Source of the DNA: Vicinamibacterales bacterium
GTDB taxonomy: Bacteria > Acidobacteriota > Vicinamibacteria > Vicinamibacterales > 2-12-FULL-66-21
Length of the DNA stretch: 64,000 nt
Assembly: GCA_035495555.1 (NCBI GenBank)
Contig: DATJFQ010000024.1
Span: 5,705 to 69,704 of the forward strand
Direction of reading: 5' to 3'
Shown: positions 62,837 through 64,000 of the stretch, piece after piece
How the letters are laid out: each line of letters begins with the position of its first letter
Position numbering within the stretch: position 1 is the stretch's first letter
Made by a program: the position numbers and the translations under genes
Notes under the pieces: generated by a model
Seen by the model: the letters and a program-made list of their open reading frames with translations, nothing else
What the model was told of the DNA's origin: nothing
Database searches by the model: none

Positions 62837-63412
62837 CTAGGCCCTTCCCGCGAACTCGCGCGTCTCGGTGTGCACCTTCACCTTCTCCCCTTCTTTGATG
62901 AAGAGCGGAACGCGGATCTCGAGGCCTGTTTCGAGCGTCGCGGATTTCGTGACGCCGCCGCTCGCCGTATCGCCGCGGACGCCCGGCTCCGTCGACGCGA
63001 CGGTCAGCTCCACGTGCGGCGGCAACTGCATGCCGATCGGGTTCCCGTTGAACTTCTGGATCTGCACCGGCACGTTGTCAACCAGCAGCAGCCGGTCGTC
63101 GCCGAGGACATCACCGCGGATGGTCAACGTCTCGAACGTCTCCTGGTCCATGAAGTGGTGGCCGTCGCCGTCGCTGTAGAGGAACGTCGCCGCGACGACC
63201 GTCAAATCGGGCTCTTTGAACTTGTCGGACGCTTTGAAGGTCTTGTCGAATACTGCGCGGGTGAGCAGGTTCCGCATCTTCAGGCGGACGAGCGTCTGGC
63301 CCCCTCGGGCGGTCGGCTTCGAAATCTCGACGTCCAGGCAGTGGTACGGCGCCCCTTCGTATTCGAAATACATCTTGCGCTTGACGGACATCGCTTCGAT
63401 CAGAGAGGCCAT
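62837..63412 (-). CDS. Elongation factor P family protein with EfpL/YeiP-like loop (KPTARGG)
   Basis: 191 aa with three EF-P domains. The tip of the beta3-beta4 loop reads [18 protein letters not shown] (compare E. coli YeiP/EfpL SPTARGAATLYKMR and canonical EF-P KPGKGQAF, sequences recalled from memory). Ends ...EFAGRA. Its stop lies 2 nt before the glnS start. Confidence 0.8.
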   Translation of the reverse strand: MASLIEAMSVKRKMYFEYEGAPYHCLDVEISKPTARGGQTLVRLKMRNLLTRAVFDKTFKASDKFKEPDLTVVAATFLYSDGDGHHFMDQETFETLTIRGDVLGDDRLLLVDNVPVQIQKFNGNPIGMQLPPHVELTVASTEPGVRGDTASGGVTKSATLETGLEIRVPLFIKEGEKVKVHTETREFAGRA

Positions 63413-63423
63413 CGCTCTATTGT

Positions 63424-63451
63424 AGCGAGGCGGGAGGCGCGAGGTGCGGGG
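63424..63451. repeat. Short heptanucleotide array (AGCGAGG CGGGAGG CGCGAGG TGCGGGG)
   Basis: Four units read directly. Ends at the base before the OMP gene stop (63452) and lies 12 nt upstream of the EF-P-like start (63412). Confidence 0.8.
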
Positions 63452-64000
63452 CTATTTCATCGGACTGGCGTGGCTGCGGAAGACGAGGCCGATGGACGCG
63501 ACCATGTAGCGCAGATGGACCGGTCCGATTGCGGCGCCGCGGGGCGCGGAACTGTGCACGTTGCTGTAGTAGCGCAGCTCGAAGCGGACCCCGGTGTGCT
63601 GCGTCAGAAAGCCAACGGCCCCGCCCCCGATGTCGAAGCCGAGGCGCGTGCCCGTTGCCGTCTGGCCCAGACCGACGGCATCGGTCACCGATGCCCGTAC
63701 GACGCCGAGGCCGGCGGAGACGAACGGGCGCAGGAAGTACTCGGTGTACCGTCGCGGCGCGGCCACGACCACGTTCCCCATCGTCGCAAACGCGTAGCTG
63801 CTCTTGACCAGGCCCGCCGTCGACAGCGGGTCGCCGTCGCGCCCCTTGGGCCGATCCACGTGGAAGAACCCAGGCGTGAACGATACGACGCCTTCCGCGC
63901 CGAAAATCCCCTGCGACAGCACGGTGACCGCGCCTCCGAATTCCTTGTGCGTGGCGCCCGTCGCGTTCTGAATATCCACGAGCGATGTGTTGCCGCGGAA
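63452..64000 (-). CDS. Outer-membrane beta-barrel protein (OmpA-like/porin-type barrel); 5' end probably outside window
   Basis: Alternating amphipathic strands (GVRFELRYYSNV, VHLRYMVASIGLVF, LGFDIGGGAVGFL). The frame remains open upstream of the GTG at 63979 to the window edge. Confidence 0.55.
   Translation of the reverse strand, partial: FRGNTSLVDIQNATGATHKEFGGAVTVLSQGIFGAEGVVSFTPGFFHVDRPKGRDGDPLSTAGLVKSSYAFATMGNVVVAAPRRYTEYFLRPFVSAGLGVVRASVTDAVGLGQTATGTRLGFDIGGGAVGFLTQHTGVRFELRYYSNVHSSAPRGAAIGPVHLRYMVASIGLVFRSHASPMK

Noticed and set aside
14084-63451. Heptamer arrays as possible CRISPR arrays
   Set aside because: The units are 7 nt long and contiguous, with no spacers. There are no cas genes. 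Array lengths are 28-212 nt. This is not CRISPR architecture.
1-64000. Search for mobile-element, phage, defence-system or ABC-ATPase genes
   Set aside because: No integrase, transposase, recombinase, restriction-modification, toxin-antitoxin or Walker-A ATPase signature was recognised in any supported CDS. The YgjP/DUF45 gene can accompany type I R-M systems, but no hsd genes are present here.

Overview
This is a GC-rich, gene-dense chromosomal window. Its gene content points to an Acidobacteriota genome: seven ADOP-type duplicated FtsX/MacB-like 'orphan' permeases, four PadR regulators, a VWFA-related acidobacterial-domain protein, a CarboxypepD_reg-type TonB-dependent receptor and a HAF-repeat protein. 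I can support 46 CDSs. They include housekeeping genes (guaB, speA, glnS, pepT, xthA, alkB, ogt, an EF-P-family factor) and an alpha-2-macroglobulin/pbpC/ogt operon. I recognise no rRNA, tRNA, CRISPR array, transposase, integrase or phage gene, and no ABC ATPase anywhere in the window. The non-coding DNA is the unusual part. (i) Thirteen tandem arrays with a strict 7-nt period but different unit sequences sit at nine gene junctions, nearly always touching a stop codon. (ii) A ~105-125-nt nested palindromic element (GGGGACA boxes flanked by A/T runs) occurs twice, once exactly in the A2M/pbpC junction. (iii) A hairpin element duplicated with a 287-bp period is embedded in heptamer arrays between a TonB-dependent receptor gene and a GH36 gene. 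The best protein-level candidate for an undescribed system is a two-gene module: a PadR regulator translationally coupled to an ADOP permease. Every coupled permease carries a 70-88 aa N-terminal prefix that the uncoupled ADOPs lack. Each PadR also has its own palindromic operator candidate. Limits: all family calls come from motif recognition by eye and from memory, and no search or folding program was run. Start codons I moved relative to the ORF track are stated in the evidence. The long R/A/G/P-rich shadow ORFs on opposite strands are treated as artefacts of high GC content.
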